DNA of 64,000 nt from an archaeon (GTDB lineage Archaea > Nanobdellota > Nanobdellia > Woesearchaeales > GW2011-AR9). The position numbers and the translations under genes were made by a program. The notes under the pieces were generated by a model. The model was not told the origin of the DNA, did no database searches, and worked only from the letters and a program-made list of their open reading frames with translations. The stretch's first letter is position 1, and each line of letters begins with the position of its first letter. The DNA lies in assembly GCA_018697095.1 (NCBI GenBank), contig JABHSG010000003.1:86895-150894 (forward strand), given 5' to 3'. Shown in pieces: positions 18,387 to 28,751 of this stretch.

Positions 18387-20330
18387 ATGATTCTTGGAAA
18401 AATCACTGGTAAGGTATTAACAACTAAATTTCAATTTAATGTTACTAGTGCTTATGCTAAAAAATTTCAATTTCTGCAAGTAAATCATTCAGAATACGGG
18501 TTTGTTTTATGCCAGTTAATGGAACTTATCCGTGAGCAAGATAATCTTACTGCTAAGTGTACAGTTATTGGATATAAAGACCCAAGCGATAATAGACTTA
18601 AGGGAATCAGAACTCCCTTCAATCTACGCGCTGAAGTTTTAGAAGCGCAAGACGATTTCATTAAAGACATAATCAAACTAGACAGTAACGCAGCCTACAT
18701 GGGAACACTTGAAGGAAAAAATCTTGAAGTACATATTGATTTGCAAAAAGTTTTAACAAGGCACCTTGCAGTTCTGGCAAAATCTGGTGCTGGAAAATCA
18801 TACACAGTTGGTGTTCTCTTAGAAGAGATTCTTGAAAGACAAGTGCCTCTATTAATTATTGATCCGCACGGAGAATATAGTACCTTAAAAGAAAAAAGCA
18901 CAGACTCTCAAGAAGAACTCCTAAAATGGAGTATCAATGCTAAAAGTTACAAACACCAAATTCAAGAGTTTGGAGATATGGAATTAAATCCAGATTTCAA
19001 ACCCCTTAGGCTAAGTGAGCGCATGTCAAGTTATGAGCTTCTCAAAATTCTTCCAATTTCTTTAAGTAACACCCAAGAAGCCATGCTTTTTTCTGCAATT
19101 AAAGATATTCCTGCAAATGAACTAAATTTTGATAACATAATATATGAACTGCAGCAAATTGAAAGTGCCAACATCTGGCCAGTAATTGATACAATTAAAC
19201 ACCTAAAAGATTTGAATATTTTTTCGCCAAGCCCAACGCCACTTACTGATATAATTGTTCCAGGCAAGGCATCAATTCTAAATTTAAGAGGAACAGACCC
19301 AAAAATTGCTTCCATGATTGTCGCAAAACTTCTAAAAGATATTTTCATCGCTAGAAAAAAAGCTAAAATACCTCCATTTTTTTGTGTAATTGAAGAAGCC
19401 CACAACTTTGTTCCTGAAAAAGGATTTGGAACAGCCATATCTTCAGAAATAATTAGATTAATCAGTAGCGAAGGCAGAAAATTTGGCCTTGGACTTTGCG
19501 TTATCTCTCAACGTCCAGCTCTTTTACAAAAAACAGTTCTAGCGCAATGTTCAACTCAAATAATTATGAAAATCACAAATCCAAATGATCTAAGAGTTAT
19601 TACCAGCAGCGCCGAAGGCATTGGTAGTGAAACCGCTGACGAGATCCAAAATCTCCCAATTGGTTCCGCGCTTATTTGTGGAATTGTTGATCGGCCACTT
19701 GTGGTAAATATCAGGCGCCGCAGATCAAAGCATGGAGGGGAAGCCGTTAACGTTTTGCAAAAATATAACTCAATTTCAGCTTCTCAAGAAATAAGTTTAA
19801 CGCCGCCGTCTAATAACAACAAAACACCACTAGTTCCAATGGAACAAATACAAAAAACACCACAAATTAAATCCACTTCAACAGAGCCAAGTATTATTGA
19901 ACAAACAAAAAATTTCGCAAACAAAAATCTCATTTCTATAGTTCCAAGCAAATTATCTATCAAAGACATTAAATTGATTGCAGATAAAGACATAAAAAAA
20001 ATTACAACTTATTTGATTCCAGCTCTTTACATAAAAGTTTCACAAGAAATAAACAAGGAAGAAAAAATTTTTCATATTCTAGTGGATAAAGTAAAGGGTA
20101 AGGTCATTCTTGATCCAGACACAGATAAAAAAATAGAAATCAATGAATTAGCTAACTTTCAAGAAACTGCAGCATTTCTAAGAAAACCATCTTTTCAGGA
20201 ATTCCAATACAACACAATTATCTCTGAAAGACTATCCACAAAAAAAATAAAGCTTTTACTTGAACCATTTTGTAAGGTGCAAGATTATACTCAAACTAAC
20301 ATAGTTTTTCACAAAGTAGAATATACATAA
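18387..20330 (+). CDS. HerA/FtsK-family ATPase with HAS barrel and C-terminal extension
   Basis: AKSGAGKS Walker A, IDPHGEY, IEEAH Walker B, EGRKFG, SQRP. Confidence 0.9.
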   Translation: MILGKITGKVLTTKFQFNVTSAYAKKFQFLQVNHSEYGFVLCQLMELIREQDNLTAKCTVIGYKDPSDNRLKGIRTPFNLRAEVLEAQDDFIKDIIKLDSNAAYMGTLEGKNLEVHIDLQKVLTRHLAVLAKSGAGKSYTVGVLLEEILERQVPLLIIDPHGEYSTLKEKSTDSQEELLKWSINAKSYKHQIQEFGDMELNPDFKPLRLSERMSSYELLKILPISLSNTQEAMLFSAIKDIPANELNFDNIIYELQQIESANIWPVIDTIKHLKDLNIFSPSPTPLTDIIVPGKASILNLRGTDPKIASMIVAKLLKDIFIARKKAKIPPFFCVIEEAHNFVPEKGFGTAISSEIIRLISSEGRKFGLGLCVISQRPALLQKTVLAQCSTQIIMKITNPNDLRVITSSAEGIGSETADEIQNLPIGSALICGIVDRPLVVNIRRRRSKHGGEAVNVLQKYNSISASQEISLTPPSNNNKTPLVPMEQIQKTPQIKSTSTEPSIIEQTKNFANKNLISIVPSKLSIKDIKLIADKDIKKITTYLIPALYIKVSQEINKEEKIFHILVDKVKGKVILDPDTDKKIEINELANFQETAAFLRKPSFQEFQYNTIISERLSTKKIKLLLEPFCKVQDYTQTNIVFHKVEYT

Positions 20331-20505
20331 TCAAAAACAACTAATACTCAACTAAAGTACAACCAAAACACCTGCCAAAACTCAATGAAAATCCAAGCAA
20401 AAACTAACTTCAAATTCTTTTTTAACATAAAAATAACCGCGCTATCACAAAGCATATAAACTCAAAACCTTCAAAAACACTCTATTTAATAGGGGGTAGT
20501 AAAAA

Positions 20506-21435
20506 ATGGAAGAATCTTCTCAAACTGAATCTGTACCAAGTAAAGAGGAAGTTAGTCAAACTATGACTCAAACTTCAGAACTAAAGGCAGAATCAACAAC
20601 AAATAAGGAGCATACACACACAAAAGCTTCAACTCATGAGACTGCGCAAAATCATAATAAAGCGCATAGCCATGAACATAAAACACATACAAAACATGCT
20701 AGCCACAGCGCAGCACACAAAAACATGAAAACAGACGAAACTAAAGGATGGAAAATTGCAACTGCAATTTTAGCAGTTTTACTTGTAGTGTCTCTTTTTG
20801 CTAATTGGGATATCGACATTTCAAAAACTGGAGGATCAGCAGCAGGTATTGCAGATGCTGCAGCAGGCGCAGCAGAAGCCAATGCACCAAGCTTCGACGA
20901 CTTCGTTGCAAGCGATTATTATGATGCAGACACAGACCCTGTACTTGGAGATGCAGATGCACCAGTAACAATCATAGAGTGGAGTGATTTTGAATGTCCA
21001 TTTTGTGCACGTGCTTATCCAACTGTAAAGCAAGTTGAAGAAGAATACGTAGCTGATGGAAGAGTAAAAATTGTTTTCAGAGATTTTCCACTTAGTTTTC
21101 ACGCAGAAGCTCAACCAGCAGCTCTAGCAGCTGAATGTGCAAACGAGCAAGATATGTTTTGGGAATACCACGACTTAATATTTGAGAACCAGAATCTTCT
21201 TGGAGATGCTCAGTATGAATCTTGGGCGCAAGAACTTGGCCTTGATATGAACCAATTTAGTGACTGTTACAGTTCACAAAAATATGCAAGTGAAGTAGCA
21301 GAAGACTTTAGTGATGGTGGAAGACTAGGTGTACAAGGAACTCCAAGTTTCTTTGTGAATGGTGTCCAAATTAGTGGAGCTCAACCATACAGTGTTTTTG
21401 AAGCAGCAATTGAAGCTGCTTTAGCTGCAAGTTAA
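20506..21435 (+). CDS. membrane-anchored DsbA-family thiol-disulfide oxidoreductase with His-rich N-terminus
   Basis: SDFECPFC, DFPL..H and GTP cis-Pro motifs; single TM. Confidence 0.92.
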   Translation: MEESSQTESVPSKEEVSQTMTQTSELKAESTTNKEHTHTKASTHETAQNHNKAHSHEHKTHTKHASHSAAHKNMKTDETKGWKIATAILAVLLVVSLFANWDIDISKTGGSAAGIADAAAGAAEANAPSFDDFVASDYYDADTDPVLGDADAPVTIIEWSDFECPFCARAYPTVKQVEEEYVADGRVKIVFRDFPLSFHAEAQPAALAAECANEQDMFWEYHDLIFENQNLLGDAQYESWAQELGLDMNQFSDCYSSQKYASEVAEDFSDGGRLGVQGTPSFFVNGVQISGAQPYSVFEAAIEAALAAS

Positions 21436-21525
21436 GCAAATCAAAGACAGCTATTTCAAAAAGTTTTTATTATTTTTTCTTTTCTTTCTTATTCTAATAC
21501 CTAAAAAGTAAATTACAAATCGAAA

Positions 21526-22095
21526 ATGACACAAAAAACATCAATCTCAAAAATCAAACAAACTTACAAAACAACCAAGTTAGCAGTGAAAAGGGTTTGG
21601 TTTGACCGTAAAAGTAAGTTAATAATTCTCGCTCTAACAGCATCTTTCATAGTCTTAAACGCAATTATTTTAGAACTTTTTCAAGTTGGAAAACTTCTTT
21701 TTAGCAGTCCAAGAACGTTCATTGATGGCATTTATTTTACGCTTAGAAGTCTCCATTTTTTCCCAGGCGTTATGATGATTCTCTTATCTTTACTCTCGGC
21801 AATTTTAATTGCTATGGTTTTATATGCCTTAAGAATAAAAAAGCAATTAGGTGCATCACAACCAACTCTTAGTGGCAGTGCAAAAGCATCTGCTGGCACT
21901 GGAATTATTCTCACCTTAATAGCACCAGCTTGCCCAAGTTGTGGAATTGGTGTTCTCTCAGCAATTGGCCTCACTACTTTAGGGAGCTTTCTGCCATTTG
22001 GCGGACAAGAATTCAGTATTTTAGGTATTATAGTACTATTAGTTGCAATAACTTATACAGCTAAACAAATAGAAGAACCAGTCTGTAAGATATAA
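21526..22095 (+). CDS. multi-TM membrane protein with CxxC
   Basis: About 4-5 TM segments; APACPSCG; extra Cys near C-terminus. Confidence 0.75.
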   Translation: MTQKTSISKIKQTYKTTKLAVKRVWFDRKSKLIILALTASFIVLNAIILELFQVGKLLFSSPRTFIDGIYFTLRSLHFFPGVMMILLSLLSAILIAMVLYALRIKKQLGASQPTLSGSAKASAGTGIILTLIAPACPSCGIGVLSAIGLTTLGSFLPFGGQEFSILGIIVLLVAITYTAKQIEEPVCKI

Positions 22096-22378
22096 TGACT
22101 AATTGAACTACATTTCTACAAAAATGAATACTGTTCAAAAAACTCAGTATTATTATTCAAAGAAATTCAGCCACATGAAGATAAATATCCCAAGAAGTAG
22201 TAAGAAGTTAGTGGCAAAAAGTACAATTCTAAAAGCCAAAATCTTATTTTTTGGAACTTTAAACCAAACAAGAAATCTATTATAGGCTAAATCAAAAACT
22301 CTACCTAGCCAACTTGAAGAAATTTTTTTAGTGCCAGCATTACCTCGCAAAGAACTAACTTTAACCCTATCATTCAGT

Positions 22379-23017
22379 TCAGGCTTTCGCTGCTCTTTCC
22401 TGTGCTTCAATTTTCTTTTTAACATTCTTAAGTCTAAAAAACGCTTCTCTTTCAACTTCTGCAAGCCGATCTTTAATATGTTTTTCAATCCCCTCAATTT
22501 CTGGAATTTTGATATATTCAAGTGCGTTAACCCGCCGTTTTGTTTTTTTAATTTCTTCAGCCAAAGTAAAGATAACTTGTTCAACTTCTGCTAAGCGAAC
22601 TAAATCTGGAATTGTCCGAACAAAACGCAGTCTTGCCATCTCTACATAATAAGAAGTTCCAATCATTGAACTATTAAGCCTAGCCCCAAGATCTTTAAGT
22701 TCAAATTTAGGAACTTTAACTCCCATCAAGTTTTGTTCACTTGAGTTTATTGCAAACGAAGGAGTCATTGAATATGCCAAACTTTTAACCCTATTAACTC
22801 CACTAACTCCTTGGGCAATTCTCACAGTGTCATATCCAATTTGCAAATTTTCCAAAGTTCTTTTTTTCAAGATTTTATACTCCTTAATTTTCGCAAAAAA
22901 AACGCGAATTAAGGCATCTCGCTTACGCTTTAGAAGGCTATGTCCTTTTATTGCAAGTTTTTTTTGAGCCTTAGCTTTCAAAAGCTCACTTCGTGTTGCA
23001 CTTGTCATATCTGCCAT
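22379..23017 (-). CDS. atpD: A/V-type ATP synthase subunit D
   Basis: GHSLLKRKRDAL, KTKRRVNALE. Confidence 0.96.
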   Translation of the reverse strand: MADMTSATRSELLKAKAQKKLAIKGHSLLKRKRDALIRVFFAKIKEYKILKKRTLENLQIGYDTVRIAQGVSGVNRVKSLAYSMTPSFAINSSEQNLMGVKVPKFELKDLGARLNSSMIGTSYYVEMARLRFVRTIPDLVRLAEVEQVIFTLAEEIKKTKRRVNALEYIKIPEIEGIEKHIKDRLAEVEREAFFRLKNVKKKIEAQERAAKA

Positions 23018-23069
23018 AATTAATTCCTACAATGCTCAACTATTATCCCAACTAAATAACTTAGCTCCA

Positions 23070-24449
23070 TCATTTTTTCTTAGGTAAATATTTTTCAATA
23101 AACGCCTTTTTTGCTTTTTTAAGTTCTGAGCGTGGAAGTATAGTCATAAGTTCCCAACCAAGTTTCAATGTTTCTTTAATTCCCCGGTTAGTATAACTTC
23201 CTTGATTAATGAATTTATCTTCAAAAGCTTCTCCAAAGCGTAAATATTTTTTATCAACTTCTGAAAGTGAAGATTCACCAACAACAGAAACTAATTGTCT
23301 TAGTTCAAGCGCTCTAGCATAAGCAGCATACATCTGATCTGCAACTGAAGAATGGTCTTCACGTGTTTTCCCTTTCCCAATACCATTATTCATCAGCCGA
23401 CTAAGTGAGGGCAATGGGTTTATCGGAGGACTGATCCCTCTTTTATGTAGTCCAGCATCCAAAACAATTTGTCCTTCAGTAATATATCCAGCCAAATCAG
23501 GAATCGGGTGAGTTTTATCTCCAGCAGGCATAGTAAGAATTGGAACTTGCGTAATTGACCCAGTACTTCCTTCAACCATTCCCGCTCGTTCATAATTTGC
23601 GGCTAAATCAGTATACATGTATCCTGGATATCCTCGTCTTCCAGGAACTTCATTACGTGCAGCTGCAACTTCACGTAGTGCCTCGCAGTAATTTGTAAAA
23701 TCAGTTAAGATAACAAGTACGTGCATGTTCAAATCAAATGCCAAATATTCTGCAGTTGTAAGTGCCACACGTGGCGTAATGATTCTTTCAACACTAGGGT
23801 CATTTGCTAGATTCATAAATACAACTGCTTTTTCAAGTGCACCTGTCTTTTTGAAATCTTCCATAAAAAATCGTGCTTCTTCGTAGGTAATTCCCATTGC
23901 TGCAAATACTATTGCAAAATCTTCACCACCAGCACTAGCTTGCCTTGCAATCTGCGCTGCAAGTTCGTTGTGTGGAAGTCCTGCTCCACTAAAAATAGGT
24001 AACTTTTGTCCACGAACAAGAGTAGTCATACAATCTATTGTTGAAATCCCAGTTTGAATAAAGTCAGACGGGCTACGTCTAGATGCAGGGTTAATCGCTG
24101 ACCCATTTACATCAAGATATTTTTTTGGAGTGTAAGTAAATTTACCCTTTGGTCTTCCCATACCGTCAAATATTTTTCCAAGCATTTTACGGCTAACGCC
24201 AATCTCTGCTGGTTTTGTTGTAAATTGAACTTGAGAATCCAAATCAACTCCCATACTACTATCAAATAGTTGAACAACTGCCTTCTCACGACTTGTATCA
24301 AGAACTTGTCCTAAAAGTTCCCTATTATCTGTAGTTTTAATCTTACAAATTTCTCCATAAGAAACCCCTTTAACATTTTCAACTACAAGTAGTGGTCCTT
24401 TCAAAGATGAAGATGTTTTGTACCATGGTTGAACTTTTGCTGATGCCAT
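23070..24449 (-). CDS. atpB: A/V-type ATP synthase subunit B
   Basis: [30 protein letters not shown]. Confidence 0.98.
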   Translation of the reverse strand: MASAKVQPWYKTSSSLKGPLLVVENVKGVSYGEICKIKTTDNRELLGQVLDTSREKAVVQLFDSSMGVDLDSQVQFTTKPAEIGVSRKMLGKIFDGMGRPKGKFTYTPKKYLDVNGSAINPASRRSPSDFIQTGISTIDCMTTLVRGQKLPIFSGAGLPHNELAAQIARQASAGGEDFAIVFAAMGITYEEARFFMEDFKKTGALEKAVVFMNLANDPSVERIITPRVALTTAEYLAFDLNMHVLVILTDFTNYCEALREVAAARNEVPGRRGYPGYMYTDLAANYERAGMVEGSTGSITQVPILTMPAGDKTHPIPDLAGYITEGQIVLDAGLHKRGISPPINPLPSLSRLMNNGIGKGKTREDHSSVADQMYAAYARALELRQLVSVVGESSLSEVDKKYLRFGEAFEDKFINQGSYTNRGIKETLKLGWELMTILPRSELKKAKKAFIEKYLPKKK

Positions 24450-24559
24450 TTTCCTTTCATTTCTCCAATTAAAATTATTATTTATTCTAATTATTCTTAT
24501 TTTCTAAATTTTTATTTTTTATCTAGTAATCCATTTCTAATCTTTATTTTTCACAAAAT

Positions 24560-26350
24560 TTATCTCAGTGATTTTTCAATAAGTTTCATAACTTCCTTTT
24601 CAACAGCTTCGTGTTTTCCATCCATAAAGGTATCATTTTGCCTATACTTGAGTTGTGCAAGTTCTTGAACCCCAGAAGATTCCCGAAGTTTATCCAAATC
24701 CAAGTCTTCAATAACTTCTTTTGCTGTGTCATAAAACCCAAAAATCAAACGAATCATGGAAGCTTGTTTTTCAAGAGGACAAAAAGTGTCATCTTCATGA
24801 AATGCATTTTGTTGTAAAAAGTCTTCACGAACAAGACGTGCTGCAAATAGCAAAAGTTGTTGATCCTTTGGTAAACTATCAACTCCTACAAGTTGAACAA
24901 TTTCTTGGAGTTCAGCTTCTTCTTGCAGTAATTTATGGCATCGTTTACGCATTTCTCCCCAATCAGAAGACACATTTTCATTATACCATTTATCTGTAAT
25001 CCGATTGTATAAACTATAACTTCTAAGCCAATTAATTGCAGGGTAATGTCTTTTGTTTGCCAAATTCGCATCAAGCGCCCAAAAACATTTAGCAAGCCGC
25101 AAGGTATTTTGTGTAACTGGTTCACTAAAGTCCCCTCCAGGAGGACTAACAGCACCAACAACAGTAATTGACCCTTCACCACCAGACAAATTTTTCACAT
25201 AGCCAGCACGTTCATAAAATTCAGCAAGCCTTTTACTAAGATAAGCAGGGTATCCTTCTTCACCAGGCATCTCTTCAAGTCTACCTGAAATCTCTCTCAT
25301 AGCTTCAGCCCATCTAGATGTGCTATCTGCCATTAGTGCTACATTGTAACCCATATCTCTAAAATATTCAGCGATAGTAATTCCAGTATAAACACAAGCC
25401 TCTCGAGCCGCCACTGGCATGTTTGAAGTATTTGCAATCAGAACAGTTCTATTCATAAGTGGCTGTCCACTCTTAGGATCTTTAAGGTGCGGAAATTCTG
25501 ATAAAACTTCAGTCATTTCATTCCCTCTTTCTCCACAACCAACATAGATAATAATATCTGCATCACACCACTTTGCAAGTTGTTGTTGAGTAACAGTTTT
25601 TCCAGAACCAAACGGCCCAGGAATTGCCGCAACTCCTCCTTTAGCAACCGGCGCAAAAAAATCTAAAATTCTTTGTCCAGAAATAAGTGGCCTATGTACT
25701 CCTTGTTTTTCTTCAACAGGCCGTGGGACTCTAACTGGCCAATGTTGGACCATAGTAATTTCTTTTCCACCAATTTTTGCAATAATATCTTTGTTAGTAA
25801 ATGCTCCACTAGAAATTTTTTCAACTTTCCCAAAGATTCCATTTGGAACCATTATTTTATGAGTGATAATGGGGTTTTCTTTAACTTCCCCAATAATTTC
25901 TCCAGATTTAACTACAGCTCCAATCTTAACTTTAGCCTTAAATTCCCATTTTTTGTCCATGTCAAGCGAAGGAATATCTACACCACGCGGAACAAACACT
26001 CCATATTTTGAAGCGATAACATCCAGCGGACGTTGAGTTCCATCAAAAACACCACCTAAAATACCAGGGCCAAGAGCAACACTTAGAGATTTTTTTGTAT
26101 TAACAACTTTTTCTCCAGGCATAAGCCCAATTGTATCTTCATAAACTTGAATAACACTAGTTGACCCTTCAAGTTGGATTACTTCTCCCATTAGCCCAGT
26201 ATTTCCAACTTTCACTAAGTCATTAACTGCAGCCCGCATTTTAGCATAAACAACTGGTCCAGAGACACGCATGATCTCTCCTACATTTTTCCCAGTACTG
26301 TTTGATTTTTTTGATCGTCCTAATTTTTCTTCAGTGATTTTTTTTGACAT
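24560..26350 (-). CDS. atpA: A/V-type ATP synthase subunit A (no intein)
   Basis: GPFGSGKT P-loop, [19 protein letters not shown]. Confidence 0.98.
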   Translation of the reverse strand: MSKKITEEKLGRSKKSNSTGKNVGEIMRVSGPVVYAKMRAAVNDLVKVGNTGLMGEVIQLEGSTSVIQVYEDTIGLMPGEKVVNTKKSLSVALGPGILGGVFDGTQRPLDVIASKYGVFVPRGVDIPSLDMDKKWEFKAKVKIGAVVKSGEIIGEVKENPIITHKIMVPNGIFGKVEKISSGAFTNKDIIAKIGGKEITMVQHWPVRVPRPVEEKQGVHRPLISGQRILDFFAPVAKGGVAAIPGPFGSGKTVTQQQLAKWCDADIIIYVGCGERGNEMTEVLSEFPHLKDPKSGQPLMNRTVLIANTSNMPVAAREACVYTGITIAEYFRDMGYNVALMADSTSRWAEAMREISGRLEEMPGEEGYPAYLSKRLAEFYERAGYVKNLSGGEGSITVVGAVSPPGGDFSEPVTQNTLRLAKCFWALDANLANKRHYPAINWLRSYSLYNRITDKWYNENVSSDWGEMRKRCHKLLQEEAELQEIVQLVGVDSLPKDQQLLLFAARLVREDFLQQNAFHEDDTFCPLEKQASMIRLIFGFYDTAKEVIEDLDLDKLRESSGVQELAQLKYRQNDTFMDGKHEAVEKEVMKLIEKSLR

Positions 26351-26379
26351 TTTGATTTCCCTCTATAAATATTTATAAT

Positions 26380-26685
26380 TTAATTTTTATCTAAACTAAT
26401 CCCTAGCGTTTCTCTTGCAAGAGCATCAATTTTCTCAAGCCCAATATTTTGAAATTCACAAGGGATCTCAATGAAATAAATCCCAAACCCTTGTTTTTCT
26501 TTTGCACTAAGCATCTCAAGTAATTTTTGACTCATAAAAACAGTCTTAGCTCCAGATTTACAAATTTGCAAAACATGTGAAATTAAATTTTCATGATTAC
26601 ATGAAGCAGTCACTTCAACAATTTCACTAACCCCGCTAAGGCCAAGAGTAACTACATCATCCTCAAACCCAATTACTGCAATCAT
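26380..26685 (-). CDS. atpF: A/V-type ATP synthase subunit F
   Basis: IAVIG.ED....GLSGV; operon position. Confidence 0.85.
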   Translation of the reverse strand: MIAVIGFEDDVVTLGLSGVSEIVEVTASCNHENLISHVLQICKSGAKTVFMSQKLLEMLSAKEKQGFGIYFIEIPCEFQNIGLEKIDALARETLGISLDKN

Positions 26686-27719
26686 AATGATAACACCCCT
26701 TTAATTTTTTCACGTGAAAATCCATGAGATTTCATTTTAAGCAAAATGTTCACATTTCTATGAATTGCCCGATCAAGAGCTATAAATCCAATCAAGCTAG
26801 CATCACTAAGCGGATCTTTTGATAAAAGTCCTTCTGCAAAACGTAAAATCCCATAGTAAAACTCTTTTTCGATTTGTATTGGGTCTTCTGAGCTAACACT
26901 GTATCCATGTTTTTTCATAAGAACAGCAACTGCTGGCCCAGAACCATTTTTAATCCCCTGGTAAGCCAAAAGTTCAATGCGCCCTCCATCTAAAATTGGA
27001 TCCATCCCTTTAAGCACAAGCCCAATATTTCTTCCATCAATTATTTTTTTAGCGTAAGCTTTTGCTTCCACACTCTTAGCATGGTGCAGTAATCTTCGAA
27101 AATAAGCTTTTTTAAGTTCGATTTCAAAAGAAAGAAAATTGCCTTTACTAATCTCATCCATATTTTTCTCAAGTATAATAGCATAACCACTTCCTTTCAA
27201 TTCATTATGAATACTTTCAAGAGAATAATCTGCTTTATCAACAAACTCGCTACTAAACAGTTTAGTCACATTTACAAGGTTACTTGCAGATACGTCGCCC
27301 GAAGTTTTCGCATTCAAAGACCTAACTAGAGTCATAATATCTTCAACATCATATTGGGAAAGAACTGCAGACAAGTAAGGTTTACTTTGTTCAGGTGCAA
27401 TTGAAAGAACTTTTCCAAGGTCTTCAATTAAAGCAGATCGAAGTGCTTTATCAACACTACTATAACTAAAATCAGCCCCTAAAAATTTACTTAATGTAGG
27501 GTAGTGTTTTTTTTCTAAAGTAAAGATAGCTTCATTGTATGGTTTTGCAAGCAAGTCTTCAAAATCTTCCTTTTTTAGAAGTAGTGCACGCATTGCACGA
27601 ATACGTGCGTTAGCATAAGCAAAAGGGTAAATCCTACTAACAACTAAAAATACCGGGATCAGCGCAACTGCCCCAACTAAAAGAAGTCCAAATACCAATA
27701 CTAAAATTTCAAATTCCAT
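26682..27719 (-). CDS. atpC: A/V-type ATP synthase subunit C
   Basis: YANARIRAM motif; operon position; extra N-terminal hydrophobic helix. Confidence 0.88.
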   Translation of the reverse strand: MEFEILVLVFGLLLVGAVALIPVFLVVSRIYPFAYANARIRAMRALLLKKEDFEDLLAKPYNEAIFTLEKKHYPTLSKFLGADFSYSSVDKALRSALIEDLGKVLSIAPEQSKPYLSAVLSQYDVEDIMTLVRSLNAKTSGDVSASNLVNVTKLFSSEFVDKADYSLESIHNELKGSGYAIILEKNMDEISKGNFLSFEIELKKAYFRRLLHHAKSVEAKAYAKKIIDGRNIGLVLKGMDPILDGGRIELLAYQGIKNGSGPAVAVLMKKHGYSVSSEDPIQIEKEFYYGILRFAEGLLSKDPLSDASLIGFIALDRAIHRNVNILLKMKSHGFSREKIKGVLSL

Positions 27720-27732
27720 ATGTAAATCTCAT

Positions 27733-27753
27733 TTATTATTATTATTATTATTA
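27733..27753 (-). repeat. (TAA)7 microsatellite forming tandem stop codons after atpE
   Basis: TTA x7 on the + strand; the copy at 27751-27753 is the atpE stop. Confidence 0.8.
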
Positions 27754-28320
27754 TTCTACTCTGTCTTCAATATAATGTAGTACAAACTTAATTACATCGT
27801 CATGCTTTGATTCTAGCAGGTCCTTAAGCCCAAAAGAAAAGAGCATGGAATCATTTTCTGCTACAACTTCAAGTCCTAAAAGACTAGCTTCACAAAAATT
27901 AATGTTAACATCTTTTGGGCAATAAAACTTAAAATCATTTTTTACAAAGCCATCTGATTTTATTTTTTTACAAAGCCCAAGGTAAAGAGCCTTACAAAAA
28001 GCTTTTTTCTCTTCTTTTCCAAGTCCTTTTGCGACAATTGCAAGGTCCGCTAGTACCTTTTGAACAAGAGCAAGTTCAGCGGCACTTTTTAATCGCTCAG
28101 ATTCTAAACGAGCAGAACTAAGTTGCATAGTGTCATATGATTCAGTCTCTCTTTCCAAAAAAAACATGATCTCTTTTTCTTCAAGTTTAGCGTTATCAGT
28201 AGCATCACTAACAAACTTCTCATACCTAGCTTCAGCTTCAACACCAATCTCTTGAATTTGTGTTTCATACTGGGCTTTTAAAAAGCCTTCAAGTTCTGTT
28301 GTTCTATCTCGTACAATCAT
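27751..28320 (-). CDS. atpE: A/V-type ATP synthase subunit E (divergent)
   Basis: Between K and C; charged N-terminal helix; AAGGAG SD upstream of ATG 28320. Confidence 0.65.
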   Translation of the reverse strand: MIVRDRTTELEGFLKAQYETQIQEIGVEAEARYEKFVSDATDNAKLEEKEIMFFLERETESYDTMQLSSARLESERLKSAAELALVQKVLADLAIVAKGLGKEEKKAFCKALYLGLCKKIKSDGFVKNDFKFYCPKDVNINFCEASLLGLEVVAENDSMLFSFGLKDLLESKHDDVIKFVLHYIEDRVE

Positions 28321-28343
28321 TGTTTTAAGGGTCTCCTTTACTT

Positions 28344-28420
28344 CACCTTTCGGTGCAAAGGAACTTTCGGTTCCTTGCACAAGAGAGCTTTGCTCTCTTT
28401 GTGCTAGCAATTTTGTTGCT
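28344..28420 (-). repeat. array of four adjacent/overlapping inverted repeats between atpK and atpE
   Basis: mRNA sense: AGCAA-CAAAA-TTGCT; GCACAAAGAGAGC-AAA-GCTCTCTTGTGC; GTGCAAGGAAC-CGAAA-GTTCCTTTGCAC; CACC-GAAA-GGTG. Confidence 0.75.
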
Positions 28421-28468
28421 CCGCATAATTATCACTATCTTAAACTGTTTTATTTCAAAAGCATTAAT

Positions 28469-28699
28469 CTATGCTCCAAAAACAAACAGTAGTAAAATAG
28501 CGATAACAAACCCATAAATTGCCTGTGTTTCAGGAAGAGCCGCGAATACAAGCATTTTAGCGAGTAATTTTTCGTTCTCAGCAGTAGCTCCTGCCGCTGC
28601 ACTAGACGCAATCCCTTGCCCAATACCTGAACCAAGCGCTGCAAATCCAATAGCAATTCCTGCTCCGATTGCAATAAGTCCACTAGTTATATCTACCAT
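28469..28699 (-). CDS. atpK: A/V-type ATP synthase subunit K/c (single hairpin)
   Basis: GIGQG and LPETQAIY; strong GGAGG SD. Confidence 0.96.
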   Translation of the reverse strand: MVDITSGLIAIGAGIAIGFAALGSGIGQGIASSAAAGATAENEKLLAKMLVFAALPETQAIYGFVIAILLLFVFGA

Positions 28700-28751
28700 T
28701 TTTTTATTTCCTCCGATATTTTAATATTAGTTCATACTAATAGTATCTTTT

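Noticed and set aside
22153..22584. 143-aa alternative-frame ORF overlapping the end of atpD
   Set aside because: Largely a shadow frame of atpD with no motif or clear start signal
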